From: Candidatus Limnocylindria bacterium
Lineage (GTDB): Bacteria > Chloroflexota > Limnocylindria > QHBO01
Assembly (NCBI GenBank): GCA_038322875.1
Contig: JBBQGI010000001.1
Coordinates: 20,372 to 84,371, forward strand
Length of the DNA stretch: 64,000 nucleotides
Direction of reading: 5' to 3'
Part shown: positions 10,436 to 20,004 of the stretch, in pieces
Layout: every line of letters starts with the position of its first letter
Position numbering within the stretch: the first letter of the stretch is position 1
Made by a program: the position numbers and the translations under genes
The notes under the pieces: model-generated
What the model was told of the DNA's origin: nothing
Database searches by the model: none
What the model saw: the letters and a program-made list of their open reading frames with translations, nothing else

Positions 10436-11024
10436 GGCCCCTGCCTGGGCAAACGACCTCGTGGCGGAGGTCTGCCTCGCCGCAGCCGTTCGGCCACCGC
10501 TCCTCCGCTGGCGACGCGCTCCACGATCCGCGGCGTCGGGCGTCACGCGCCAGGCCGCGGGGACGGTGTCGGTCACGGCGGGGACCGATCAGCTGGACCA
10601 GCGGATCACGCTCCTGCACGAGCTGGCGCACTGGCTCGGTCCCCAGACGCGCCGCCGTCGCGGTCGCGTCGCACACCACGGCCTGGACTTCTATGCGATC
10701 GCGTTCGAGCTCTATGCGAGCCACGGGATTCCGGTGTCCGAGGCGCTCGAACGCGAAGGTGGCCGCTATCCGAGCTCCCTGCGGCACGCCCGCTCGCTGG
10801 GCGTTCCCGGCGCGGAGGCGGCCTGGCGCTCCCGCCGCGCCGCAATCAGGGAACGAGCGCGGCTGCGAAGCGCTCCCCGCGTCCTGGTTGCCGAGCACAG
10901 CGTGCGCCTCGTGCGTGACGGCCGTTGGACGCGCTGCGCGGTCTGTGGGGTGCGCATCGTCGGCCCGATCTTGGCCCGGCTCCGGCGCCGAACCGGCCGG
11001 CACATCCTCCTCGGCGCCGGCTAG
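10436..11024 (+). CDS. SprT-like zinc-metallopeptidase domain protein
   Basis: HELAHW (HExxH) followed by HG..F and a C-terminal CxxC element; pattern of SprT-like family. Confidence 0.55.
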
Positions 11025-11329
11025 CGGCGGGCAATCCCTGCCGCACGACCGCGCTCGGCACCGAGGTCAAGTAGGCAGGATTACATGAAGTCGGCGTACA
11101 TGTGGGGGGGTTATCCCATCTATGGGGCACCGTTCGCTTCAAGGCGCCAGACCCCGGCTAGTACTAGCTGCTTACCCGGTGGTGCCGATGCGCACCACCA
11201 AATGTCCAGCATGGCTGGCCCATTACGAGGAGGCTGTGCGCATAATCACTGGCCTACTTGCCGTCATCGTCTTGCCCCGGTCCCGGCAGCGGCGTCCGCT
11301 ACTCCCTGAGCCCACCAGGAGGCGACCCG

Positions 11330-13249
11330 ATGAAGCGAGCCCTGACTGCTCTGGCTGCTGTCGCGCTGCTAGTGGCGACCCTGCCCCCCGTGGTAGCCGA
11401 GGCTGCGACGCCTGATCCACTCGGGCAGGTCACCGAATTCACGGATGGCATGCGTATCGAGAGTTCCCCCTACATCCTCGCCCTCGGACCCGACGGCAAC
11501 ATGTGGTTCACCGAACCCAATTGGGTCGACATCGGAAAGATCACGCCAGGCGGGGTGATTACCTTATACCCGGTGAGCGGCGGCGAACCATGGGGCATCA
11601 CCGCCGGACCCGACGGCAACATGTGGTTCGCCACCGGCGAAGGGCCATCCGTTTCCAAGATCACGACGGCAGGGGTCGTGACGACCTACACCGCGGACAT
11701 CACCGCCGATAGCGGCCCATGGGGCATCGCGGCCGGACCCGACGGGAACGTGTGGTTCACCGAGCCCTGGGCCGACCAGATTGCGAAGATCACGCCCGCG
11801 GGGGTGGTTACCGAGTACGCCTCCGGGATCAGCTCAGGAGGTGGCCCGCGGGCTATCACGGCCGGACCCGACGGGAACCTGTGGTTCACCGAGGACGCCG
11901 GACGAGTAGGAAGTATCACCCCCTCTGGCCAGGTCACCGAGTACCAGACCGGCATCAGCGCGGGAGCCCGCCCCGTCAGCATCGCAGCCGGACCCGATGG
12001 GAACATGTGGTTCACTGAGTATTCGGGGGGCATCGCTAAGGTGACCCTCACGGGAGCGATCACTGAGTACACAACCGGCATCTCGCCGGGCGCAAATCCG
12101 TTTGGCATCGCGGCCGGACCCGACGGGAACGTGTGGTTTACCGAGAGCACTGGCAAGCGGATCGGCAGAATCACCTCCGGTGGTGTGATCACCGAATACT
12201 CGACCGGCATCACGCGACCGCTGTGGGATATCGCGGCCGGACCCGACGGGAACATGTGGTTCGGTGAGAGTTGGTACCCGGCCGCCACGGGCGCAATCGC
12301 GAAGATCGGGACGGCTGCGTCGAACCCGGATGCAAACGGCGACGGCATCGTCGACACCCTCCAGCCGTCGGGAACACCCCTGAATGGGTTCGCGGACGAT
12401 ACCGGCAACGGCAAGACCACGACAGGCCAGATCGTCTCGGCCGGCGGCCTTGCGATTTCGATTTCCGACGCCACAGATCCGAGTGGCGTGACCATCAGCA
12501 CCGGGAGTGGATCGGGCCAGGCGGTGCTGACGGTGTGCGCGACGGCGGGGAACCCGGCGGGCTTCGAGATCGACCTTCCGGCCAATACCACGCTGACCCT
12601 GACCTGCGGCAGTGTGACCGCTGAGGTGGCGAGCGGCGGCCCGGTCGTCATCAAGCTGCCCGGCGGCCTAGCGAGCGTCGGCGTCGATGCGGCCAGTGCG
12701 GCCACGGTGGACTCTGCGGGGAACGGCGCCTTCTCAATCATCGGGGTGAGCGGCGCGGTGACCCTGATGGTGAACGGGGTCACCCAGGCACTCACGCCCG
12801 GGGAGGACGTTGTTGGCAACAGTTGGCAGTTCGTGGGCTTCGACTCGCCAGTGAAGAACGGTGGGGCCTTCAACGCCACCAAGGCCGGTCAGACGATTCC
12901 GCTCAAGTGGCAGGTCTTCGATGCGGCAGGCAAGGCCGTCACCACCATCTCCAGCGTCAGCCTCAGCACCCAGACGGTGAGTTGTACGACTGGTGTGCCT
13001 GTCGGCGTCGTCACGCAACTTGCGGGCGCCAGTTCCGACCTGAAGAATCAGGGCAAGGGCAAGTATCACCTCAACTGGAAGACGCCCAAGGACTACGCCG
13101 GCACATGCCAGGTCCTCAGGCTCGACATCGGCGACGGCGTCATGCATGACGCCCTATTCAAGTTCCAGCCGTTCGCACGACCACCTTCGCATGACTACAT
13201 CCTCGCCGTCAGCCGTTGGTTGGATCTGCTTCTGGGTCACCGGTTCTAG
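11330..13249 (+). CDS. secreted Vgb-like (streptogramin-lyase family) beta-propeller repeat protein with extra C-terminal domain
   Basis: signal peptide MKRALTALAAVALLVATLPPVVAEA; eight repeats of ~40 aa with GPDGNxWFTE signature; ~340-aa Gly/Thr/Ser-rich C-terminal region. Confidence 0.75.
   Translation: MKRALTALAAVALLVATLPPVVAEAATPDPLGQVTEFTDGMRIESSPYILALGPDGNMWFTEPNWVDIGKITPGGVITLYPVSGGEPWGITAGPDGNMWFATGEGPSVSKITTAGVVTTYTADITADSGPWGIAAGPDGNVWFTEPWADQIAKITPAGVVTEYASGISSGGGPRAITAGPDGNLWFTEDAGRVGSITPSGQVTEYQTGISAGARPVSIAAGPDGNMWFTEYSGGIAKVTLTGAITEYTTGISPGANPFGIAAGPDGNVWFTESTGKRIGRITSGGVITEYSTGITRPLWDIAAGPDGNMWFGESWYPAATGAIAKIGTAASNPDANGDGIVDTLQPSGTPLNGFADDTGNGKTTTGQIVSAGGLAISISDATDPSGVTISTGSGSGQAVLTVCATAGNPAGFEIDLPANTTLTLTCGSVTAEVASGGPVVIKLPGGLASVGVDAASAATVDSAGNGAFSIIGVSGAVTLMVNGVTQALTPGEDVVGNSWQFVGFDSPVKNGGAFNATKAGQTIPLKWQVFDAAGKAVTTISSVSLSTQTVSCTTGVPVGVVTQLAGASSDLKNQGKGKYHLNWKTPKDYAGTCQVLRLDIGDGVMHDALFKFQPFARPPSHDYILAVSRWLDLLLGHRF
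11480..12275 (+). repeat. in-frame tandem DNA repeats (~120 bp period) encoding propeller blades
   Basis: recurring ggacccgacggcaacatgtggttcaccga motif 8 times. Confidence 0.8.
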
Positions 13250-13638
13250 CCGGTAGACGGTAAGGAGGCGGCCACTGCGGCGAGATTGGCCGGTTGTACG
13301 ACTCGCTCATTCCTAGGGACCCGCGACAAGGGGCAGCCGATGGCGCCTAAGAGCCGCCTAGGCCGCTGTGCGCTCGGTCCGTTGGCGTCCAGGAGCCTGT
13401 CTGTTCATGCCAGTTACCGGAAACCTGACTGTCTGGCCGAGGTCGCCGCATCCCCGCGAAGGGCTAACGGGGCGCCTCCCGGGGCACGTCGCTAAGTTCC
13501 TGTAGCACCCCCCTGCCCTGTGGCATCGTCATGCCCAATCGGCATCACCACCCCGACCTTCATCCATGCCTCCGCCTTGCTGCGGCCTACAGGCTAGCGG
13601 CACAACAAGTTCCATGATCAGGCTAGGCTTGCCGACGG

Positions 13639-14826
13639 ATGGACCCCGCCCTGCCCCTCACCGGCATCCGCGTACTCGATTGCTCGCGCGTCTATGCGGG
13701 GCCCATCGCGAGCATGCTGCTCGGCGATCTCGGCGCGGAGATCTGGAAGCTGGAGCCACCCAGCGGCGACGAAACGCGCGGCTGGGGACCGCCCTTCTGG
13801 GGCGATCCGGGGGACCGGCGCAGCGCCTACTTCGCGTCGGTCAACCGCAACAAGCGCAGCATCGTGGTCAACCTGCAGACCGATGCTGGACGAGCGGTCC
13901 TCGACCGCTTGGCGACGACGTGCGACCTGCTGCTGCACAACCACCAGCCCTCGGTCGCAGGCAGGTTGGGGCTGGATGCTGAACGGCTCCGCCGCCAGCA
14001 TCCGCACCTGGTGGTGGTGGCCATCGGTGGCTTCCCGGGAAGCGGCGACGCGGCCGAGCGGCCGGCCTACGACCTCGTGGCCCAGGCAACCAGCGGTCTC
14101 ATGTCGGTCACCGGCGACCCCGATGGCGGACCGATGAAGGTGGGCGTTGCACTCCTCGACCTGGCCGCGGGGCTGCAGGCTGCCATCGGGGGTCTGGCCG
14201 GGCTGCTGGGGCGCGAGCGCGGCCGCCCGGACGGCAGGCAGGTATCGGTCAGCCTGATCGAAGCCGGAGTGGCGAGCCTGACCAACGTGCTCGGCCATCA
14301 TCTTGCGACCGGCCAGGAGCCTGCGCGGTGGGGGACCGGGCATCCCGACATCGTGCCGTACCAGGTCTTCGCCGCCGGCGACGGTCACCTTGTAGTGGCG
14401 GTCGGCAATGACGCGCAGTTCGAGCGGCTGCTCTCGGTGCTGGGGCTCGCGCCCGATGCGCGATTCGCCACCAATGCCGATCGCGTGGCACGCCGCGCGG
14501 ATCTCGTGCCGATGCTCGCCCGGAGCATCGGGGGGCGGGTCCGGGACGAGCTGCTGGCTGACCTTGCCGCCGCTGACGTGCCGGCCGGTCCGGTCAATAC
14601 CGTCAGCGATGCTCTCGCCGCCATGGAGGCTGCCCACGACGGCGCCTGGACGCAGACCGCCGATGGCATGCGGCTGGCCCCGGATCCGATCCGCGTGGAT
14701 GGGCAGCGGCTGCCACTGCGAGAGGCGCCCCCGCGACTCGGCGAGCACACCGATGCGATTCTCGGCGAGGCGGGGCTCAGTCACGAGGAGATCGCCGCAC
14801 TTCGCGCTGCGGGTGCGATCGCATGA
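13639..14826 (+). CDS. CaiB/BaiF family (class III) CoA-transferase
   Basis: N-terminal LxGIRVLDxSRVxAGP motif and overall family similarity; 395 aa. Confidence 0.85.
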   Translation: MDPALPLTGIRVLDCSRVYAGPIASMLLGDLGAEIWKLEPPSGDETRGWGPPFWGDPGDRRSAYFASVNRNKRSIVVNLQTDAGRAVLDRLATTCDLLLHNHQPSVAGRLGLDAERLRRQHPHLVVVAIGGFPGSGDAAERPAYDLVAQATSGLMSVTGDPDGGPMKVGVALLDLAAGLQAAIGGLAGLLGRERGRPDGRQVSVSLIEAGVASLTNVLGHHLATGQEPARWGTGHPDIVPYQVFAAGDGHLVVAVGNDAQFERLLSVLGLAPDARFATNADRVARRADLVPMLARSIGGRVRDELLADLAAADVPAGPVNTVSDALAAMEAAHDGAWTQTADGMRLAPDPIRVDGQRLPLREAPPRLGEHTDAILGEAGLSHEEIAALRAAGAIA

Positions 14827-14836
14827 GTGTCGCGCC

Positions 14837-16150
14837 CTAGCGAATCCCGAAGCCCTGGCCCCAGAGCCACTCGCGCGGCGTGACCTTTGCCACGTGGATG
14901 GCGGCGGCTGCGTCGCGACCCACGTACCGGTAGTGCCACGGCTCGTAGCGGTAGCAGCTGACGGCGCTCGTGCCCTTCGGATAGCTCATCACCCAGCCGA
15001 AGCGCCATCCGTTCGCGGCCAGCCAGGCACCTTCGGTCGTGGTCGCCCAATCGGCGTATTGCCAGGGCGATACTCCGCCCAACGTTTTGAAATCGATGGC
15101 GGTGCCGAGCTGATGCTCCGAGTGGCCGGGCCGCGCGGATGTCTGCAGGGCCCCGTTGTACCCCACCTGGCTGACCCAGCCGTCGAACGTGAGCTGCTGA
15201 CCTCGATACGATCGATACGCAGACTGAATCGCCAGGTGCGCGCCGTCCGCCTTGGCGGCCGCGGCCATCGCCTTCAGGTCGTCGACGGCGATCGACCGGA
15301 TGAAGCGGCCTGCGGTCAGGCCGGCGGTCGAGGTGTCGACCAGGTCGGGGGGCGCATAACCCGCTGGGAGCTGGAAGACGGTGTCCAGCACGGTGCTGGC
15401 CCATTGGAGATAGGCGGTCCGGTTCGCCGGCAGATCGACGTAGGTGCACGCCGGCAGCATGGGAATCGGCGCCGTGAGGTCATCCTGCGCGGTGCCGGCG
15501 GCGGAGCCGTGAATCCAGTAGCCCTGCCATGTGCCGGCATCGATCTGCAGGAAGCCCGCCCCGTCCATGACGCGGTAGCCGCTCGCCGTGGCGGTCGAGG
15601 CCTGGTCGAGGGTCGCCCGCTTGACCGCCTCGAGGTCGGCGGTCGTGGCACCGAACTGGTAGCCGGTGTAGGCGCCCGCGGCGAAGTCGACCAGGTTGTC
15701 GGTAGAGACGCTCCACGTCAGGGGCACCAGCGGGTTGTGGGCGTCGTCGTGGACAAGTCCCGTTGCCGAGGCGCGGTATGTCGTCGCGATCGTCAGGCCG
15801 CCGATCGGCGTCAGCGTGGCCGTCCGGCGCCCCGTGTCGAGGGTCACGGACGCCGCGGTCACCGCGCCACTCAGGTCGCTCAGCTGGAAGCTGCCCGGGT
15901 CGACGCCGCTGACCGGCTCGCTGAAGGTGATCTGCAAGACCCCGTCCGTGGGCAGGATCCCACCCGGCGGCGGGTCCTGCGCCACGATGGTCGGCGCGAC
16001 GAGGTCGGGGAGTGGCGTCGCGGTTGGGCTGGCGATCCGCTCGGGCAGCGTCGGCGTCGGCACGACCGCGATTGGGGCGCAAGCCGCGCAGGCGATCGTG
16101 AGGAGCAGGCCGGCAGCGCCGGATCGGCTCCGCACCTGGAGGCGCGCCAT
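14837..16150 (-). CDS. M15 family D-alanyl-D-alanine carboxypeptidase (VanY-like) with N-terminal Ig-like domain, secreted
   Basis: signal peptide; C-terminal SAYRSYxxQ...SEHxxGTAxD...EPWHYRYVG motifs of VanY/M15B; start at Met overlapping upstream stop (TGATG). Confidence 0.75.
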   Translation of the reverse strand: MARLQVRSRSGAAGLLLTIACAACAPIAVVPTPTLPERIASPTATPLPDLVAPTIVAQDPPPGGILPTDGVLQITFSEPVSGVDPGSFQLSDLSGAVTAASVTLDTGRRTATLTPIGGLTIATTYRASATGLVHDDAHNPLVPLTWSVSTDNLVDFAAGAYTGYQFGATTADLEAVKRATLDQASTATASGYRVMDGAGFLQIDAGTWQGYWIHGSAAGTAQDDLTAPIPMLPACTYVDLPANRTAYLQWASTVLDTVFQLPAGYAPPDLVDTSTAGLTAGRFIRSIAVDDLKAMAAAAKADGAHLAIQSAYRSYRGQQLTFDGWVSQVGYNGALQTSARPGHSEHQLGTAIDFKTLGGVSPWQYADWATTTEGAWLAANGWRFGWVMSYPKGTSAVSCYRYEPWHYRYVGRDAAAAIHVAKVTPREWLWGQGFGIR

Positions 16151-16788
16151 CACGAGAAGTGCTCGACCACCGTGGCCGCAAGGGCCTCGATCCCGCGCCG
16201 GTGCACCGTCACCCGATGCGCAACGCCGCATACCTCGGGGCGGTAGAGGCCGCTCACCTTGTGCGGGAGGGGGGTCGGTGCCCAGATGACCAGCAGATCC
16301 GCCCAGGCGCAGTCCCGCAGCGCGTCTGAGCCGTTCGGCAGGTTGCTCGTGCCGTCCACGAATCGCAATTCGAAGGCCCGACCGACGATCGCTTCGATCT
16401 CCGCGTACATGGGCGGACGGCCGCCTACCACCAGGATGCGGCGGATGCCGGCAGCGGTGCAGACCAACTCCATGTGTCGCAGGGCACGCGTGTTGTTGGA
16501 GCCCGAACAGACCGAGCAGCGCGCACGTTCGACCTCGACCGGCGCGCGCCCGTCATCGACCAGCGCGGCGATGCACGTCGGATCGGCGCAGTGGCGGACC
16601 AGCGAATGCCCGATCACGTCGCGTGCCCGATCGAGCTTTTCATTGGCGATGCGGACCTTGCCCGGCCGTGTCAGGCCGGCCTCTTCCAGTGCTCTGCGGC
16701 CGGCCGCCAGGGCAGCGGTCGACCGAAATCCAACTCCCCGCAGGAGATCGGCGATCGCGGTGTCTGCCATGGCCCCATTGTCGAGCAT
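16150..16788 (-). CDS. hypothetical protein with Cys4 motif and DUF2325-like C-terminal domain
   Basis: HCADPTC...CSVCSG cysteine pairs; C-terminal VVGGRP...LLVIWAPT...H pattern; translationally coupled to M15 gene. Confidence 0.5.
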   Translation of the reverse strand: MLDNGAMADTAIADLLRGVGFRSTAALAAGRRALEEAGLTRPGKVRIANEKLDRARDVIGHSLVRHCADPTCIAALVDDGRAPVEVERARCSVCSGSNNTRALRHMELVCTAAGIRRILVVGGRPPMYAEIEAIVGRAFELRFVDGTSNLPNGSDALRDCAWADLLVIWAPTPLPHKVSGLYRPEVCGVAHRVTVHRRGIEALAATVVEHFS

Positions 16789-16841
16789 CGGCAGATCGAG
16801 GACGCGATCCAGGTCAGTGGAGGGCCTTACACTCAGCCACC

Positions 16842-18059
16842 GTGAACCTCACGACCGACGGGCGGCTCCTCTTCGCCACCCGCATCGCCCGCATGTTCGG
16901 CTACGGGCTCCTCTCCGTCGTGCTCGTCCTCTACCTCGTGGAGCTCGGCATCGACGGCGTGGCGGTTGGTCTGATCCTGACTCTCACCCTGCTCGGCGAC
17001 GCGGCGATCAGCCTGTGGCTGACCACCCACGCCGATCGGCTCGGCCGGAGGCGGATCCTGATCGCCGGCGCCGGCCTGATGCTCCTCGCCGGCATCGTCT
17101 TCGCGGTCGCGCGCGACCCCTGGATCCTCCTCATCGCCGCGACCATCGGCGTTATCAGCCCCAGCGGCAACGAGGTCGGGCCGTTCCTGGCGGTTGAGCA
17201 GGCGTCGCTCACCCAGATGCTCCCCGATCGGGAGCGGACGCGCGTCTTCGGCTGGTACAACCTCGCCGGGTCGCTGGCCACCGCCGCCGGCGCCCTCGCG
17301 GCGGGGTTCATCGCTCAGGCGCTGCTGGGCACCGGCGCCAGCGAGATCGACTCCTACCGGGCGATCGTGATCACCTATGCGCTGGTCGGGATCGTCCTGG
17401 CCGGCCTCTTCTCGCGGCTCTCGCCGGCGATCGAGGTCGCCAGCGCGCCCAGCACCTCCGTCGCCACCCGGCTGGGACTGCATCGGTCCCGCGGGATCGT
17501 GCTGCGACTGTCGGCGCTCTTCTCGCTCGATGCCTTCGCCGGCGGCTTCGTGATGCAGTCCCTGATCGCCTACTGGTTCAACCAGCGCTTCGGGGCCGAC
17601 CCGGCCACGCTTGGTGCGATCTTCTTCGGGGCGAACATCCTGGCCGGCGTCTCGGCGCTCGCCGCCGCGCGGTTGGCCGCGCGCATCGGTCTGATCAACA
17701 CCATGGTCTTCACGCACCTCCCCTCGAACGTGCTCCTGATCCTGGTGCCGCTGATGCCCACCCTGCCACTGGCGATTGGCGTCCTGCTGGCCCGGTTCGC
17801 GATCAGCCAGATGGACGTGCCGACCCGCCAGTCCTACACGATCGCGGTGGTGGAGCCCGATGAGCGCTCGGCGGCGGCCGGCGTGACCGGCATCGCTCGC
17901 AGCCTGGGGGCAGCCGTCTCCCCGTCGCTCGCCACGCCGCTCCTGCAGAGCGTGCCCCTGGCGGGTCTGCCGTTCATCATCGGTGGGGGACTGAAGATCG
18001 TGTACGACTTGCTGGTGCTGCGCGCATTCAGCGCAGTGCGCCCGCCCGAGGAGCGTTGA
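16842..18059 (+). CDS. MFS transporter
   Basis: 12 TM helices, MFS D-R-x-G-R-R loop (HADRLGRRR); GTG start chosen after divergent gene. Confidence 0.8.
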   Translation: MNLTTDGRLLFATRIARMFGYGLLSVVLVLYLVELGIDGVAVGLILTLTLLGDAAISLWLTTHADRLGRRRILIAGAGLMLLAGIVFAVARDPWILLIAATIGVISPSGNEVGPFLAVEQASLTQMLPDRERTRVFGWYNLAGSLATAAGALAAGFIAQALLGTGASEIDSYRAIVITYALVGIVLAGLFSRLSPAIEVASAPSTSVATRLGLHRSRGIVLRLSALFSLDAFAGGFVMQSLIAYWFNQRFGADPATLGAIFFGANILAGVSALAAARLAARIGLINTMVFTHLPSNVLLILVPLMPTLPLAIGVLLARFAISQMDVPTRQSYTIAVVEPDERSAAAGVTGIARSLGAAVSPSLATPLLQSVPLAGLPFIIGGGLKIVYDLLVLRAFSAVRPPEER

Positions 18060-18067
18060 CCGCACGC

Positions 18068-19156
18068 TCAGCTTTGGATCGGCGGCCCATACCAGACGCT
18101 GGCCGCGATGATGACGTACAGGCCCAGCAGCGCCAGCCCCTCGAGCCAGGTGCTCTCGCCGTCGAAGACGATCAGGGCCGCCAGGATGGCGGACAGGGCC
18201 ACCGCCCCCAGGAGCAGCGGGCTCAACACCAGCGTCAGCCCGCCGCCGATGACCAGCGAGATGAGAACCAGCACCGGCGTCAGGGCGATGGCGACCTGCA
18301 GGCTGCTGTTCAGGATCAAGCTGGCCGCCAGGTCCGCCTTGTTCCGAATCGCCATCTGCACGCCGACCACGTTCTCGACCGCGTTGCCGGCGATGGCGAC
18401 CACGACCAGTCCGACGAACGCCTCGGAGATGCGCAGGCTGGCCATGGTGGGCCGCAGCGCCTCGACGAAGAGATCCGAGGTCAGTGCAGCGCCCCCTGCG
18501 CCGAGGAACAGCACTGCCAGCGTGAGCCCCAACGGCCAGACCGATTCGGGCGCCGTCTCCTCGACCCCTGCGCTGGCACCCACGCCGCCCCCGATCGAGA
18601 AGGGGATCGAGGCCGCGAAGATGACCAGCAGCACGATCGAGACGATCACGCTCAGGTCGGTGGCGTGCCCCGCGTCGGGGGCGCCGGGGGCGGTGGCCAA
18701 GGTGGGGATCGCCAGGGCGGCAACGGCCAGCACCAGGAGGGTGGCCATGCTCCGCACCGCCGGCGCGTGGAACTGCTGGGTGCCGTGCTTCAGGCCGCCG
18801 AGGAAGAAGGCGAGCCCAAGGACGAGCAGCGTATTAGCCAGGATCGAGCCGATGAGGGCGGTCTGGACGACGACCACCAGGCCCGCCTGCAGGGCGAAGA
18901 TCGAGATGAAGAGCTCCGGCAGGTTGCCGAGCGCCGACTGCAGGATGCCGGTCGTCCGCGGCCCGAACCGATGTCCGAGCTGCTCCGTCCCACGGCCGAT
19001 CAGCACCGCCAGCCCGGCGAGGGCGGCCGCCGCCACCACGAAGACCACGGTCTGGCTGGCCCCGATGGCGTTGAGCGCAAAGGCAAGTGCCGCGGTACCG
19101 AGCGACAGGACCGCGGTGAGGGTCGTCGTGCGCCCCAGCCGAGCCAGCATCTTCAT
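18068..19156 (-). CDS. Ca2+/cation antiporter (CaCA family, ChaA/CAX-like)
   Basis: two alpha-repeat regions (GNxxE) and 11 TM topology; GGAGGAGG RBS before ATG at 19156. Confidence 0.85.
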   Translation of the reverse strand: MKMLARLGRTTTLTAVLSLGTAALAFALNAIGASQTVVFVVAAAALAGLAVLIGRGTEQLGHRFGPRTTGILQSALGNLPELFISIFALQAGLVVVVQTALIGSILANTLLVLGLAFFLGGLKHGTQQFHAPAVRSMATLLVLAVAALAIPTLATAPGAPDAGHATDLSVIVSIVLLVIFAASIPFSIGGGVGASAGVEETAPESVWPLGLTLAVLFLGAGGAALTSDLFVEALRPTMASLRISEAFVGLVVVAIAGNAVENVVGVQMAIRNKADLAASLILNSSLQVAIALTPVLVLISLVIGGGLTLVLSPLLLGAVALSAILAALIVFDGESTWLEGLALLGLYVIIAASVWYGPPIQS

Positions 19157-19301
19157 CCTCCTCCGGCAGCCCTCCGTCCTGCGGCGCTCGCAGCGGGCGA
19201 AGTGTAACGCCCAGGTTGGTCCTGTCCGCCGCTTGTGGATTGACACGGCGCCCTCGCGGGCGGCATGGTTGCCGGCCAGAACGTGGGAGATTGGGGTCGC
19301 C

Positions 19302-19997
19302 GTGCCGGACCAGGAATTCGTGACCCAGAGCCTGCGACGCTGCGCCCTCTTCGCGCATGTCGAGCCGGCTGGACTGAGCGTGCTGGCGAACGCCATGGTG
19401 CGGCGTCGCTTTCGGCGCAACGAGGTGATCTTCCACCAGGGAGATCCGGGCGACTCGCTGCACGTCGTGGCCACCGGTGCGGTGAAGATCGTGCTGCCGT
19501 CGCCGGGCGGTGACGAGGCGATCATCGCCACGCTGCAACCGGGCGACTTCTTCGGCGAGCTGGCCCTGCTCGATGGTGCGCCGCACTCGGCCACGGCGAC
19601 GGCCGTCGAACCGGTCGAGACGCTCAGTCTCGCCCGAGCCCCGTTCCATCACCTCCTCGACGAGGACCGGGGGCTGCGCATTGCGCTGCTCTCCGGCCTG
19701 GCCGCCGAGCTGCGCCGCCTCACCGGCCACGTGGAGGAGCTGCACTTCCTGGATCTTGCTGGGCGCCTCGCGATGCGCCTGGTGCGGCTCGCGCGTGAGC
19801 GGGACCCCGGCGTCGAGCACGAGGTGCGCCTCGATTGGCCGTTCACACAGACCGATCTGGCGGCTATGATCGGCGGCACACGGCAGAGCGTGAACAAGCT
19901 GCTCAGCCGACTGGTCGAGGATGGGCTTCTCGTCATCGAGCACGACACGCTGGTGATCCGCGACGTGCAGGCGCTGGCGGAACGGGCAGAGCGGTGA
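19302..19997 (+). CDS. Crp/Fnr family transcriptional regulator
   Basis: N-terminal cNMP-binding fold (FGELALLDG...A.A), C-terminal HTH (TRQSVNKLLSRLVEDGLL). Confidence 0.85.
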   Translation: MPDQEFVTQSLRRCALFAHVEPAGLSVLANAMVRRRFRRNEVIFHQGDPGDSLHVVATGAVKIVLPSPGGDEAIIATLQPGDFFGELALLDGAPHSATATAVEPVETLSLARAPFHHLLDEDRGLRIALLSGLAAELRRLTGHVEELHFLDLAGRLAMRLVRLARERDPGVEHEVRLDWPFTQTDLAAMIGGTRQSVNKLLSRLVEDGLLVIEHDTLVIRDVQALAERAER

Positions 19998-20004
19998 GGC
20001 TCGA

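Noticed and set aside
11480-12275. Possible CRISPR-like or intergenic repeat array
   Set aside because: The repeats are in-frame, ~120-bp-period coding repeats (propeller blades) with no spacer/repeat architecture. No cas genes are present.
13270-13300. Cobalamin riboswitch call based on GCCACTG box
   Set aside because: Only the short B12-box core is visible. Other conserved riboswitch elements were not recognised by eye, and the downstream CoA-transferase is not a typical B12-regulated gene. Kept only as a candidate structured region.
16833-18065. 410-aa minus-strand ORF antisense to the MFS transporter
   Set aside because: Low-complexity Arg/Gly/Asp-rich product with no family. It is an antisense artefact of a GC-rich gene.
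18108-19300. N-terminal 400 aa of the 629-aa plus-strand ORF preceding the Crp-family gene
   Set aside because: It is antisense to the well-supported CaCA antiporter. Only the C-terminal 231 aa (Crp/Fnr regulator) is credible.
19157-19301. CRP-like site GTGGATTGACAC in the CaCA/Crp divergent promoter
   Set aside because: Only a weak, imperfect palindrome, much poorer than the TGTCG-N6-CGACA site at 20005. Not reported as a feature.
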